From Octopus sinensis (taxonomy: Eukaryota): DNA of 31,595 nt. The stretch spans positions 1 through 31,595 of the forward strand of contig NW_021832184.1 of NCBI RefSeq assembly GCF_006345805.1. The letters are read 5' to 3'. The first letter of the stretch is position 1; each line of letters begins with the position of its first letter. Under the pieces are notes generated by a model. It was not told the DNA's origin. It ran no database searches and worked only from the letters and a program-made list of their open reading frames with translations. The translations under genes and the position numbers were made by a program. This document shows, one piece after another, positions 10,606 to 20,388 of the stretch.

Positions 10606-10761
10606 ATATTATAAAAGATTAAGATTATTTATGAATATATAAATGGCCAAACATGTTATAATTGTGACTCGTTCATAATTATAAACGTTCTTCTGTGTAT
10701 TTTATGATAACATGTTTGGCCATTGTTATATTCATAAATAATCTTAATTATTTATAATATA
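10605..10761. mobile_element. MITE-like foldback with ~55-bp inverted arms
   Basis: 10605-10659 and 10707-10761 are reverse complements with about 4 mismatches (TATATTATAAA..ATTAAGATTATTTATGAATATA..AATGGCCAAACATGTTAT). Confidence 0.7.
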
Positions 10762-10992
10762 TCCTCCGTCATGTTTTATTATATTACTTTCTGGTTATTT
10801 AATTTTTCTCAACTCATATCCGGTGATTTTGCCGTGGATCGAATTTACCAATCTTTTCACGTAAACACCGTGCATGGCATTTGAATTCATAACTTGAATG
10901 CGTAGATTGAGGCTGAAACATTTCTCTTGCCGGTCGGGATTCATGCTAGCCTCAAGGTAAAATCTTGTTTTGATTTCTATCTATTGGAATAT

Positions 10993-11054
10993 TTTCCCTG
11001 ACGAGACGAATGGGTCCCTTAAGAGATCAATAACGTCGAAATTGCAATAGGGAA
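10993..11054 (+). ncRNA. Minimal type I hammerhead ribozyme, canonical core
   Basis: UUUCC-CUGACGA-GACG(25 nt)CGUC-GAAA-U(UGCA)A-UA|GGGAA: 5-bp stem I (one G.U), 4-bp stem II base, 8-nt palindrome AUUGCAAU in stem III, AUA triplet (predicted cut after 11049). Downstream T-rich sequence ends in (TA)n at ~11180. Confidence 0.8.
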
Positions 11055-11208
11055 TTAACCAGTTATTTTTAAGTTGTGGATTCTAGCCCACACACAGTTT
11101 TCATTGTGAAGAGAATAATATGAGTGATAAACTGGGTATATAGCAGTTTTGGTTGTAATTTTTACCTGTAAGGGTTTTATATATATACATACATACATAC
11201 ACAAGTAC

Positions 11209-11261
<53 letters not shown>

Positions 11262-11270
11262 TATTATATA

Positions 11271-11550
11271 TCACCGTAACCGACCAGGCCATCAGATGTT
11301 GCTACACATCGCATTGTTTTAGCCTTCAAATGACGCCACCTCGCTGGCTAAGCGAGCAGGCCAACAGAAGAACAGTGAGAGAAAGTTGCGGCGAAAGAGT
11401 ACAGCAGGATCGCCACCACCCCTGCCGGAGCCTCGTGGAGCTTTTAGGTGTTTTCGCTCAATAAACACACACAACGCCCGGTCTGGGAATCGAAACCGCG
11501 ATCCTGTAACCGTGAGTCCGCTGCCCTAACCCCTGAGCCATTGCGCCTCC

Positions 11551-11551
<1 letters not shown>
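11271..11551 (-). mobile_element. tRNA-derived SINE (head A + third tail type), inserted in (TA)n
   Basis: Head TGGAGGCGCAATGGCTCAGGGGTTAGG...GGTTTCGATTCCCAGACCGGG; tail GGCCTGCTCGCTTAGCCAGCGAGGTGGCGTCATTTGAAGGCTAAAACAATGC...GGTTACGGTGA. (TA)n on both sides. Confidence 0.85.
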
Positions 11552-11615
<64 letters not shown>

Positions 11616-11616
11616 A

Positions 11617-11649
<33 letters not shown>

Positions 11650-12340
11650 CGTGTAAATCATAATAATAATGATAATATTTACTTTTTATAGGATTAAAGC
11701 TTATAAAAACAATGTTATCATTATTGTCTACAAATCGTAAATTTCAGCATCGCTTGTCAAACAAACGCATATTTATATATGTATCTATAAGTAAGTATAT
11801 TCTAAGGTTATATATAGAAAAGTGTGATGATCGAAGAAATCTAACTTCAGATTCTTCCCAAACAAACTTAGAAGATTTGCTTAATAGTGTAGAAAACTAT
11901 ATATGGAAAAGACGACCAAGTATAAATCATTGCAACAACAACGTTAAAAGAAAATAACTCAAAGAAGGAACGATTAAATCATGTCAGTATCGTAAGGTGC
12001 ACTTTACAATGTCCGAAATTTGAAGAACATATTTTGCATGCGTATTGCAAATGTGTTTTCGAACATGAAAATTGTGATGTATAACGGAAACTCATTTACA
12101 TTAACTATAGGAAATATATGCTTTGAACTGACGATCAATAAAATTTGCATATTGCAATTTATGCAAATTTCCTTGCAAAAGGTTTCGATTTAGGCTATGA
12201 TACAAATATATTTATATTATATATGTATAGCATGCATGCTACTTTGATTATTGACAAAATATACTACTTTCGGTTTATGAATTTTGATTAGAATCTAACC
12301 CAGCGGTATATCATGCGCGTTGTAACTAGTATACATTTAA

Positions 12341-12511
12341 CAGTGTTTCCCAACCTTTTCATTACCAACAAACCCTTTGAGTTAAATGAGTTTTCCTACG
12401 GGCCCCAGGATATTGAAAGGTCTGAAGTACTGGGGGAGGAGTGTTCATGGAACTTCAGCACTACCTTTGCGGACCACCAGGAGTCCGCGGACCACAGGTT
12501 CGGAATCACTG
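12341..12511. mobile_element. hAT (Charlie-type) non-autonomous MITE, 171 bp
   Basis: TIRs CAGTGTTTCCCAACC and GGTTCGGAATCACTG (13/15 match). Flanks share ATTTAA, compatible with an 8-bp TSD ATTTAACA that lost one CA by slippage at the left junction. Confidence 0.75.
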
Positions 12512-12575
12512 ATTTAACACATGGTATGTAAGTTATGTTAACATATTTATTAAATACTAGTTTCTGCTTGTTCTA

Positions 12576-13823
12576 TTGGGTTGGCAATTAACTTACCGAC
12601 GTTTTTTAAAAAATTTTGGTATGTATTTCATTTTTGAATTTTGGAATATATTTTTTTTCAAGAATTCTATTTTTGAATCATTTTTTAATCTTTTCTGGTT
12701 TCTTTTTCTAGTTAATTTTCGTTAGTTTTTGTTTATTTTCATATTAAAATGGAATGTCAAGTTAAGAAAAACGAGTATTTTCGACACCTCCTTTTTGCTT
12801 TTAATCAAGGTTCTAAGGCCGCAAAAGCTGCTCGCGACATTTGTGTTGTGTATGGAGAGGGTGCCATAGCTGAAAGAATCGCTCGTGATTGCTATGCCAA
12901 GTTCAAAAATGGAAATTTTGACCTCAAGGACGCACCTCGTTCTGGCCGTTCAGTTGAGTTCGATGAAGAACGATTAAACCAACTTTTGCACGAAAATTCT
13001 CGTCAGACGACAAGGGAACAGGCAGAGAGAATGGAATGCTCCCACACTGCTATGGGAAAGGTTCAGCAGTATGGCGTATTGGTTCCGCATGCTTTAAGTG
13101 ACAACAACAAAAATCAACGAGCCACAATCTCTGCTGGCTTGCTTGCTCGTCACCGCTCAACTCATGGACAAAAGCAACGATTTCTTTACCGAATCGTTAC
13201 TGGCGACGAACAATGGTGCCTGTACATCAATACGAAGCAGCGTAAGGCATGGCTTAGCCCCGGTAAACAAGCGACACCGCGCGTGAAACAAGATCTTCGT
13301 CCCCGTAAAACGATGTGGTGCGTATGGTAGGACTGGGAAGGGATCATCCATTACGAATTGATTGAATGAACCAAACGGTCAATGAGGAACTCTATGTTCA
13401 ATAGATGGAACGATCCAACACGGCTATTCAAAAGAAAAGACCTAATCGGCAGCATGGAGTTCTGCTGCACGACAACGCCCGTCCTCATATGGCGAATATG
13501 ACCAAGGTAGCCATTCAAATGCATGGCCGCCGTACTCTCCTGATTTGGCCCAATCGGATTTCCACCTCTTTCGATCTCTTTCAAATGTTATGCGCGGGGT
13601 TCAATACTAATGCAGAATTGAGAGCTTGGATGGATCAATTTTTCGAGTCCAAATCGGGTGATTTCTACCAACGAGGTATTGAAAATCTTGTTGAACGTTA
13701 GAAACAAGTTGTAAACAACAAGGGGGAATACATTATTGATTAATTAGTTGCTATTTGTTTTTATTAAAACTTTCAAAAAAAGTTTAATTTAAAGAAATGA
13801 CGGGAACTTAGTTGTCAACCCGA
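12576..13823 (+). mobile_element. Full-length mariner element, 1248 bp, inactive; TIR resembles the mellifera subfamily
   Basis: TA at 12574-12575 and 13824-13825. 28-bp TIRs TTGGGTTGGCAATTAACTTACCGACGTT versus reverse complement TCGGGTTGACAACTAAGTTCCCGTCATT (21/28). Confidence 0.92.
12749..13743 (+). pseudogene. Mariner D,D34D-type transposase pseudogene
   Basis: HTH region, LVPHAL (WVPHEL motif), IVTGDEQW, LLHDNARPH, and YSPDLAQSDFHLF in a shifted frame. Premature TAG at 13328-13330 and 13699-13701, frameshifts, terminal GEYIID*. Confidence 0.93.
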
Positions 13824-14274
13824 TATGTGCTGTCATTTTTGTCAGTTAGGGTATATTGATTTTGAATATAAAATTAAATCAAGGACACGTCTGCTATTGC
13901 TAAGACTGTTTATAAAACTATTCATTGTACGTGCATTTCTATTACAGAAGCAAGTTGACAAAGTCTTTTTCCCTCAGCCATTACCATATAAATTGTTTCG
14001 GCGAAAAGATGACAGGATGACAGGGAACATCAGAATATTTAATGGGATAATGACACCGTTTAGTGGTGAGGCTGATGTAGTTTAGCTGCTTAAAAGAAAC
14101 AAACGAAAACATACATTTGGTTCACTCAGTAATTGTCTTATCTGCCTCGTACTTTCTATCAAACGTAAAACAGAGAATTCATCTTCCCACTATTTCACCT
14201 TACCGATTTACCGAACATCTGTTTTATCATGACAGGATATCTCTTGTAGACACAATCTCAAGCGGCGGATTGGC

Positions 14275-14430
14275 AGGACTGCTAGGACGAGCGACAGAAT
14301 GCTTTGCACCTTTGTTCTAACTGACTACCCTCTGAGTTCAGGTCCCACCGAGGTCAAATTCACTTTTTCTCTTTTCAGGATCAATAAGAAAAAGTATCAG
14401 TCCAGCAGGGGGTTTGGGGGAACCATAAAA
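14275..14430 (+). mobile_element. Degraded family-D SINE
   Basis: GCGGCGGATTGGCAGGACTGCTAG...CTGAGTTCAGGTCCCACCGAGGTCAAATTCAC aligns loosely with the D head. Confidence 0.55.
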
Positions 14431-15089
14431 ACGTCTGATCGGTTGCTCTGCAGTATTTATCTTGCCTCTTACAGTTCCCAGTTCAAATCTAGAAATGGCC
14501 TACTTGGTGGGTAGGCTTAATCCATCGCTCAGATTAATACAACCTCTTGAAATGTTGGAATCCAGTCTATTGGAAGCAATCATACGAAATATCTGGTTAG
14601 GAAATACCTCACCCTACTCTACCACCTGTCTAAGGTAATGACGCATAACCATGTATTATAGATAGATTTAAATAGTTATAAGATAATAATCGCTCTATGA
14701 GCATGACTAACTAAGCAACATGATGACTTTCAACCCATCAGGGAAACATGCTTTTGAAAATGTACCAAGAAATGTTTGTGACTTCATCACAAAGCTTGAT
14801 ATATGTTTAATAAAACGCAAACTCGTAAGCTTACCTTGCATTTCTCGCTGACTGTTGTGCGCGTACACACACACGCACGTAATGTAACACAGAAAATGAA
14901 CTCATGTAATGTCAGGAAAACTTCAGAAAAAGAACTAGAAGGGTGATTTGGTGATATAGGATTAAAAAACCTAAACTCCAAACTGTACCTGCTGAAACAA
15001 CAACACCTCTACCAAAATAGCCAAACGACCCTTACAAAAAGTTATCGCCTAATAGCCTGCCCAGAATATCATTTACAAATTATACAATG

Positions 15090-15840
15090 GCTGCCTCAAT
15101 CTGATTACACGAGTACTTGGCACAAAATACATGAACCAGAAAAGGGATTGATCATGTTGGAAGCTTGGCATGTTGCACAGAAATGCATATGGCATCCAGT
15201 TTCGAAGGCTACCTCCATGCAATCCAAGAACAAGAGATCTCCACCAAGTACCTGCTGCGTAAAAGACAGAAAACATTGACAGGCAACAAATGTAGGCTGT
15301 GCAAGACCAAGACAGAAGACACCAACCACATTATTGCTACCGGCGAGAGAATATCTTCCAGATATTCTCTTCCTGTGAGGTATGATGTAGTAACTAAAAT
15401 AGTCTGGAACAGGATAGCAAAATAGAAAACGCCTTCAGTCGAAGTTTGACTATACTGAGAGCAACGAGTCAAAAAAATATTTTGAAAATTAAAACGACCA
15501 AGTTAAAACACAACCACCCAGATATTACTATGTTAGACCTCAAAGAAAACATACTCTCTTTTGTGGAAATCAGCTGCTCTCTGGACACCAAGGCAGTTAG
15601 AAAAATAAGAGACAGAGGATATCTACGGTCCATTAACAAGGAGTTGGCAAATCCAAACCCACGACATACTTATTGTTTTATACCAATTATTATTGGAGGA
15701 ACAAGATGCATACCACCCATCTAAGGCAAAGTGTGGCTGAACTTGGGCTCTTGGAGAGAGAACGCAAATCCTTAATTCATACATTACAAATTATCATGAT
15801 ATCTGGGGATATAAAAGATCTGTAATCTTCTTAACTTTTA
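15090..15840 (+). pseudogene. RLE-type non-LTR retrotransposon (R4/Dong-like) C-terminal fragment: zinc knuckle plus restriction-like endonuclease
   Basis: FEGYLHAIQEQEISTKYL, CRLCKTKTEDTNHII (C-x2-C...H knuckle, last C lost), RYDVVTK, then KHNHPDITMLDLKENILSFVEISC (PD...E) and FIPIIIG. Stops and frameshifts present. Weaker similarity may extend back to ~14720. Confidence 0.8.
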
Positions 15841-16157
15841 AAGGATGATGAATAATACAAGATAGTTTCCATCACAACCTTAGTAGCGAGCAGGTCGCCG
15901 GTCAACATTTATTCTAAATTAAAAACAGAGACAGAACGTACGTATATATATATATATTACTCCCCTACGACAAAACTACGAATCTCATTTTCGGCAGTAC
16001 TATTTTGTGACTCACGTGGTAGAACTTTGGAGGGAAATACGAATTCACTTGTCTATGTAAATGTGGATATGCTGGCTGGCTTTTATAATTTTCGATGTCG
16101 CTTGATCGAAAATATAAGAGGTAAGTTTTCCCTATTATTTCTAGATTTATGAGGAAT

Positions 16158-16216
16158 ATTATGTTGATAAAGGAAATGAACCTTACGATTCTAATCCAGA
16201 AACGTGTGTCCATAAT
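16158..16216 (+). ncRNA. Hammerhead motif with U3-A8 core, paralogue of 9726-9787
   Basis: AUUAUG-UUGAUAA-(A)GGA...UCC(A)-GAAA-C(GUGU)G-UC|CAUAAU: 6-bp stem I and GUC triplet, but the stem II base pair is A.A. Downstream sequence resembles that after 9787. Confidence 0.6.
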
Positions 16217-16526
16217 TGACCGAAGACTGTGTGATTTCATTATTTTTCTTCTTTTTTTTTGCCATATGTGAGTTACAAATATTGTTGTCTGTGGGGACTT
16301 ATTTTTGTAGTAAAAGGAAATAGTAGTCTTTTGGCTGCTATTTCTAAAATTTTCGGTATGTGGTTTAAGCAACTTGTTGCAAAAAACCCTTATTATTATA
16401 ATTATATATATATACACGTACGTTCTGTTTCTAAACAAACTCTCCGACGGACGGGAACGTGAAACTGAGTGAGAGTTTCTGTGATGTTTTTGCTGCTTTT
16501 CAAAAAAGTATATATATATATTCATA

Positions 16527-16826
16527 TGGAGAAACAATGGTCCAGTGGTTAGGGCAGCGGACTCGCGGTCGTAGGATCGCGGTTTCGATTTCCAGACCGA
16601 GCACAGCGAGTATTTATTGAGCGAAAACTCCTAAAGCTCCACGAGCCAGGAGGTGGTGGCGAACCCTACTGTACTCTTTCACCATAACTTTCTCTCACTT
16701 TTTCTTCCTGTTTCTGTTGTACCTGTATTTCAAAGAGCCAGCCTTGTCACACTCTGTGTCACGCTGAATCTCCCCGAGAGCTACGTTAATGGTACATGTG
16801 TCGGTGGAGTGCTCAGCCACTTTCAC
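16527..16826 (+). mobile_element. tRNA-derived SINE (head A + domain X), 3'-truncated
   Basis: TGGTCCAGTGGTTAGGG (A box), GGTTTCGATTTCC (B box), GTCACGCTGAATCTCCCCGAGAGCTACGTTAA domain shared with 1229-1738. Confidence 0.85.
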
Positions 16827-17399
16827 ATTCTATTTCGTTTCATGTATCGTTTGCAGAGACGTGATGCCATCAGCATTTGACACCTTGAGCTTTGCGGCTT
16901 TGTAAGTGTATCATTCCCTTATCCATAACTCACCAACTGACGTTAGAGCAGTGTTGCAAAATTTCTGCCTGGCAAGAAATGTTTCTGTTCCCTGCTGCAG
17001 TTCAGCGCATGTTTGAGGAAGTTTATGGTCGTCACAATTCTTCAACGCTTAGCACAATTTATGCTCTCCGTTTCTCGAAGTTTCTCGAAGCAGGATCTGT
17101 ATATTTATAAAGTAAGATGAGGATTCAGATAGAATAAGGTTCTTGAAAAGGTACGCACCAGGTAGTGTTGGGTAATTTGTGTGGTTCCCGTCTATGGTTG
17201 CTGGGAGTCGAAATATCGGATAGGATATTTCGGTTGTGTACACTGAAAAAAACTAACCCTATGAATATTTTGCGCCTAAGGAGTGCTAAATTACATATCC
17301 TATGTTATTATTCATTTGATTATATATATATGGATCAAAACAGTTTGATTCAAATTCGTTGGTAATCTTGAGTTTCAAGCGCGATGCTAGTCGTCAGCC

Positions 17400-17620
17400 A
17401 TTTTGAATTTAAATAACAGAAGGTGATTGTTTTTACTGTAAGGTGGGCTACGATTGGTCGAGGAAGGTCACACGGTGTCGTGGTTTGATTTTGGTATATG
17501 GGTAACAGTTAGTTTGAAAGTGCTGCATGGCGAACAGGAAATTGACCACGTGGTGGACAGGAAATACACTTGAAGTCGGTCAGGTTGTTGTTTTTTTTGG
17601 TGGGGGAGTAGGAAGGGGCG
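17400..17620 (-). pseudogene. Highly decayed LINE reverse-transcriptase remnant (I/Jockey-like, N-terminal RT region)
   Basis: Minus-strand translation TFKLTVTHIPKSNHDTV*PSSTNRSPP loosely resembles WKxAxVIPIPKPxKDxxxPSSYRPISLL. Confidence 0.4.
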
Positions 17621-17639
17621 GTATGTGTAAGTATATAGT

Positions 17640-17990
17640 TCTATATGTGGGTGTGCAGACGCGCTGATATAGTTTTCCTTGCATGTGTATATTGATGTAT
17701 GTGCGCGCGTCTGTACATGGACGCGTACCTGTACGTCTGTACACACATACACACACACACATACACACACACATGGACGAACAAGCACGCGTGCACACGC
17801 ACATACATATACACGCAAACGCACACACGCACACACATACACGCATACACACACAAATGTATTCATTCATATGTACACATGTATATTCGCATGCATGTGC
17901 GCATGCATACCAGTGTGCGAGCACATACGCATGCGCGTGCACAAGTGCATTCACGCGCGCGTGCGCGCAAGTATACACGCGCGAAATAGG
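17640..17990. repeat. Complex alternating purine-pyrimidine (CA/CG/TG) tract
   Basis: Directly visible; the source of six spurious H/T/C/V-rich ORFs. Confidence 0.9.
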
Positions 17991-18009
17991 CATTGGGAAG
18001 TGGTAAGCG

Positions 18010-18225
18010 TTGGGACTTAGTAAATGTTGGGGGCTGGTATGCGTGGAAGGTTGGTAATCGTTGGGGATTGATAAATGGCGGTCCTGCTCATGGAGCTGGT
18101 TGGTAGCGGTGACCTTGGTGCAGGCGATGCAAATAGCAGCTGGTGCTTATTTGATATATCTGGGTTGTCGGCCGTCAAAGGCCTGAAATTTGCTAGAAGG
18201 GCATATCTCTGGTGACAGCAACACG
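18010..18225 (-). pseudogene. Possible LINE RT C-terminal remnant
   Basis: Minus-strand AAICIACTKVTATNQLHEQ resembles AALRIATGCTxxTxxxHLHxE of I/Jockey-like elements. Weak. Confidence 0.35.
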
Positions 18226-18231
18226 ATAAAT

Positions 18232-18448
18232 AGAGCTGGCAGAATCGTTAGCACACCGGGCGAAATGCTTTGCGGTATTTCGTCTGCCGCTACGTTCTGA
18301 GTTCAAAATTCCGCCGAGGTCGACTTTGCCTTTCATCCTTCCGGGGTCGATTAAATAAGTACTAGTTACGCACAGGGGTCGATGTAATCGACTTAATCCC
18401 TTTGTCTGTCCTCTCTGTGTTTAGCCCCTTGCGGGTAGTAAAGAAATA
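18232..18448 (+). mobile_element. Family-D SINE monomer (tail 1)
   Basis: GAGCTGGCAGAATCGTTAGCAC...GAGTTCAAAATTCCGCCGAGGTCGAC...GCCCCTTGCGGGTAGTAAAGAAATA. Confidence 0.9.
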
Positions 18449-18648
18449 GATAAATCGTATTTCTTGTTGATGGACACTGCTGCGGGTTGTTGGAAGATAT
18501 GCAGTTTTTCACATTGGCTACAAACATTACTGTAGGTATCTTGCATACAGTAATGTATGTATATAAACGTATGTTTATGTTGATGCTACTTCCTTGCGTT
18601 TGTAAAAACTGAGACTATATATAAATGAATATATAAATGAATATATAC

Positions 18649-18721
<73 letters not shown>

Positions 18722-18726
<5 letters not shown>

Positions 18727-18928
18727 CGGGAAGGTTTACGAAAATAAACAAAAGACGAAGGCAGGTGGAGTACAAACAAACAATTGTATTAGTATGGCGC
18801 TCAGGAATAGAAATAAAACAAGTCTTTTACGTTTCGAGCTTACGCTCTCCGACAGAAAGAAGATACACGGAAAAGAAACAAGGAGAGAAAAAATGCGTGT
18901 AGAGCTGACGGTCCATCACGGCGTTCTA
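18722..18928 (-). mobile_element. pLTR-like repeat with variant hammerhead motif (CUGUCG family), copy 1
   Basis: Minus strand UCUUU-CUGUCGG-A-GAGC(GUAA)GCUC-GAAA-CG-UA|AAAGA at 18823-18860, followed by ~100 nt of T-rich sequence and (TA)n. Confidence 0.6.
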
Positions 18929-18933
18929 AAATA

Positions 18934-18965
<32 letters not shown>

Positions 18966-18973
18966 CACACACA

Positions 18974-19034
<61 letters not shown>

Positions 19035-19038
<4 letters not shown>

Positions 19039-19240
19039 TCGAAACAAGGAGTAGATGTAACAGGGAAACTGATGCAGAGGAATATTCTGCATGTCTCATG
19101 TCTCGTTTCTATGTTCGTTTCGTTGTTCGAATAATGTTGGTTTTTGATGTTTTTGCTTTTATGTTTTCGCTTTTCGTTGTGTTCAACGTTTTGTTTTGAT
19201 GTCCTGTACACATAGATGCATGTATATATACATATATATA
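19035..19240 (+). repeat. Unclassified T-rich dispersed repeat ending in (TA)n; homologous to 31395-31595 (minus)
   Basis: Shared AACAGGGA(C)AACTGA.G..G.GGAATATTCT..ATGT...ATGTCTCGTTTCT...TTGTGTTCAAC.TTTT...ATGTCCTGTAC.CATA. Confidence 0.7.
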
Positions 19241-19283
19241 TAAATGTAGGTATGTACATATATGTATGTATATATGCACATAT

Positions 19284-19326
<43 letters not shown>

Positions 19327-19347
19327 CATATATATTATATATATATA

Positions 19348-19382
<35 letters not shown>

Positions 19383-19425
19383 AATAAATGAAAGAATGGA
19401 GTCGAACGAAGATTTTAACAAAATT

Positions 19426-19528
19426 CCATTACTCTCGACACATGTTTCAAAGACGGCATACTTTTAATTCCGAAGGAATAAATGGTGCATTATGCCATCT
19501 TCTCATCCTGATGAGAAGATGGCATAAT
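19426..19528 (-). ncRNA. Hammerhead remnant with a perfect foldback at its catalytic core
   Basis: Minus strand (AG)GAUGA-GAAGAUGGCAUA...UAUGCCGUCUUU-GAAA-C(AUGU)G-UC (12-bp stem II). 19489-19507 and 19510-19528 are a perfect 19-bp inverted repeat; the plus-strand arm starts CTGATGAGAAG. Confidence 0.65.
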
Positions 19529-19554
19529 ATATATATATAAAAAATATATATATA

Positions 19555-19636
<82 letters not shown>

Positions 19637-19689
19637 AATATAACATCTATATATATATATACATATATATAACCCACGTCAATAAACCA

Positions 19690-19828
19690 CACTTGTTCGT
19701 TGAAGCGTAGGCTCGAAACGTAAAAGACTTGTTTTATTTATATTCCTGAGCGCCATACTAATACAAATGTTTGTTTGTACTCCACCTGCCTTCGTCTTTT
19801 GTTTATTTTCATAAAGCTTCTCGTTATA
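19690..19828 (+). mobile_element. pLTR-like repeat, CUGUCG family, copy 2 (core degenerate), inverted relative to copy 1
   Basis: 19705-19828 is the reverse complement of 18722-18845 with about 6 mismatches. Retains AGCGTAGGCTCGAAACGTAAAAGAC. Confidence 0.75.
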
Positions 19829-20187
19829 TATATGTGTGTAGACATACACACGCGCACACAAATATACACACGCACATATATATGTGTATGTCTGTAGGTA
19901 TATATATATATATATGAACATTATCAGAATGGTTTCATGCAAGCTATTACATTAATTTTTTGAATTTGCAAGTCTTCTTCTTAAGGTTATTTTCTTTTTC
20001 TCTCATATCCAAGATAAAGATGTTATTTTGTTTGTCACAATTACTCATGGAAAAAAAATCTCATTTGCTTTATCTACATCTGCACTTGTATTTATCGCTG
20101 ACACTGTCACTTATACAAATACTGAGGCATTTGTGAATGTATACGCATGTGCATTCATATGCATACATACATACATACATACATACA

Positions 20188-20220
<33 letters not shown>

Positions 20221-20321
20221 GTTTATGCATGTATGTATGCTTACATATATGGATATATACATATATACACACGTATATTTACACATGTATGATATATAAA
20301 ATAATAAATATAAATATTATA

Positions 20322-20378
<57 letters not shown>

Positions 20379-20388
20379 ACCATATAAT

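Noticed and set aside
12141-12170. 11-bp hairpin AAATTTGCATA-TTGCAATT-TATGCAAATTT
   Set aside because: Short and AT-rich, with no second copy or context to give it meaning.
15965-16537. 190-aa minus-strand ORF
   Set aside because: Low-complexity I/F/K-rich translation antisense to the ribozyme-bearing repeat and crossing TA tracts; no domain signature.
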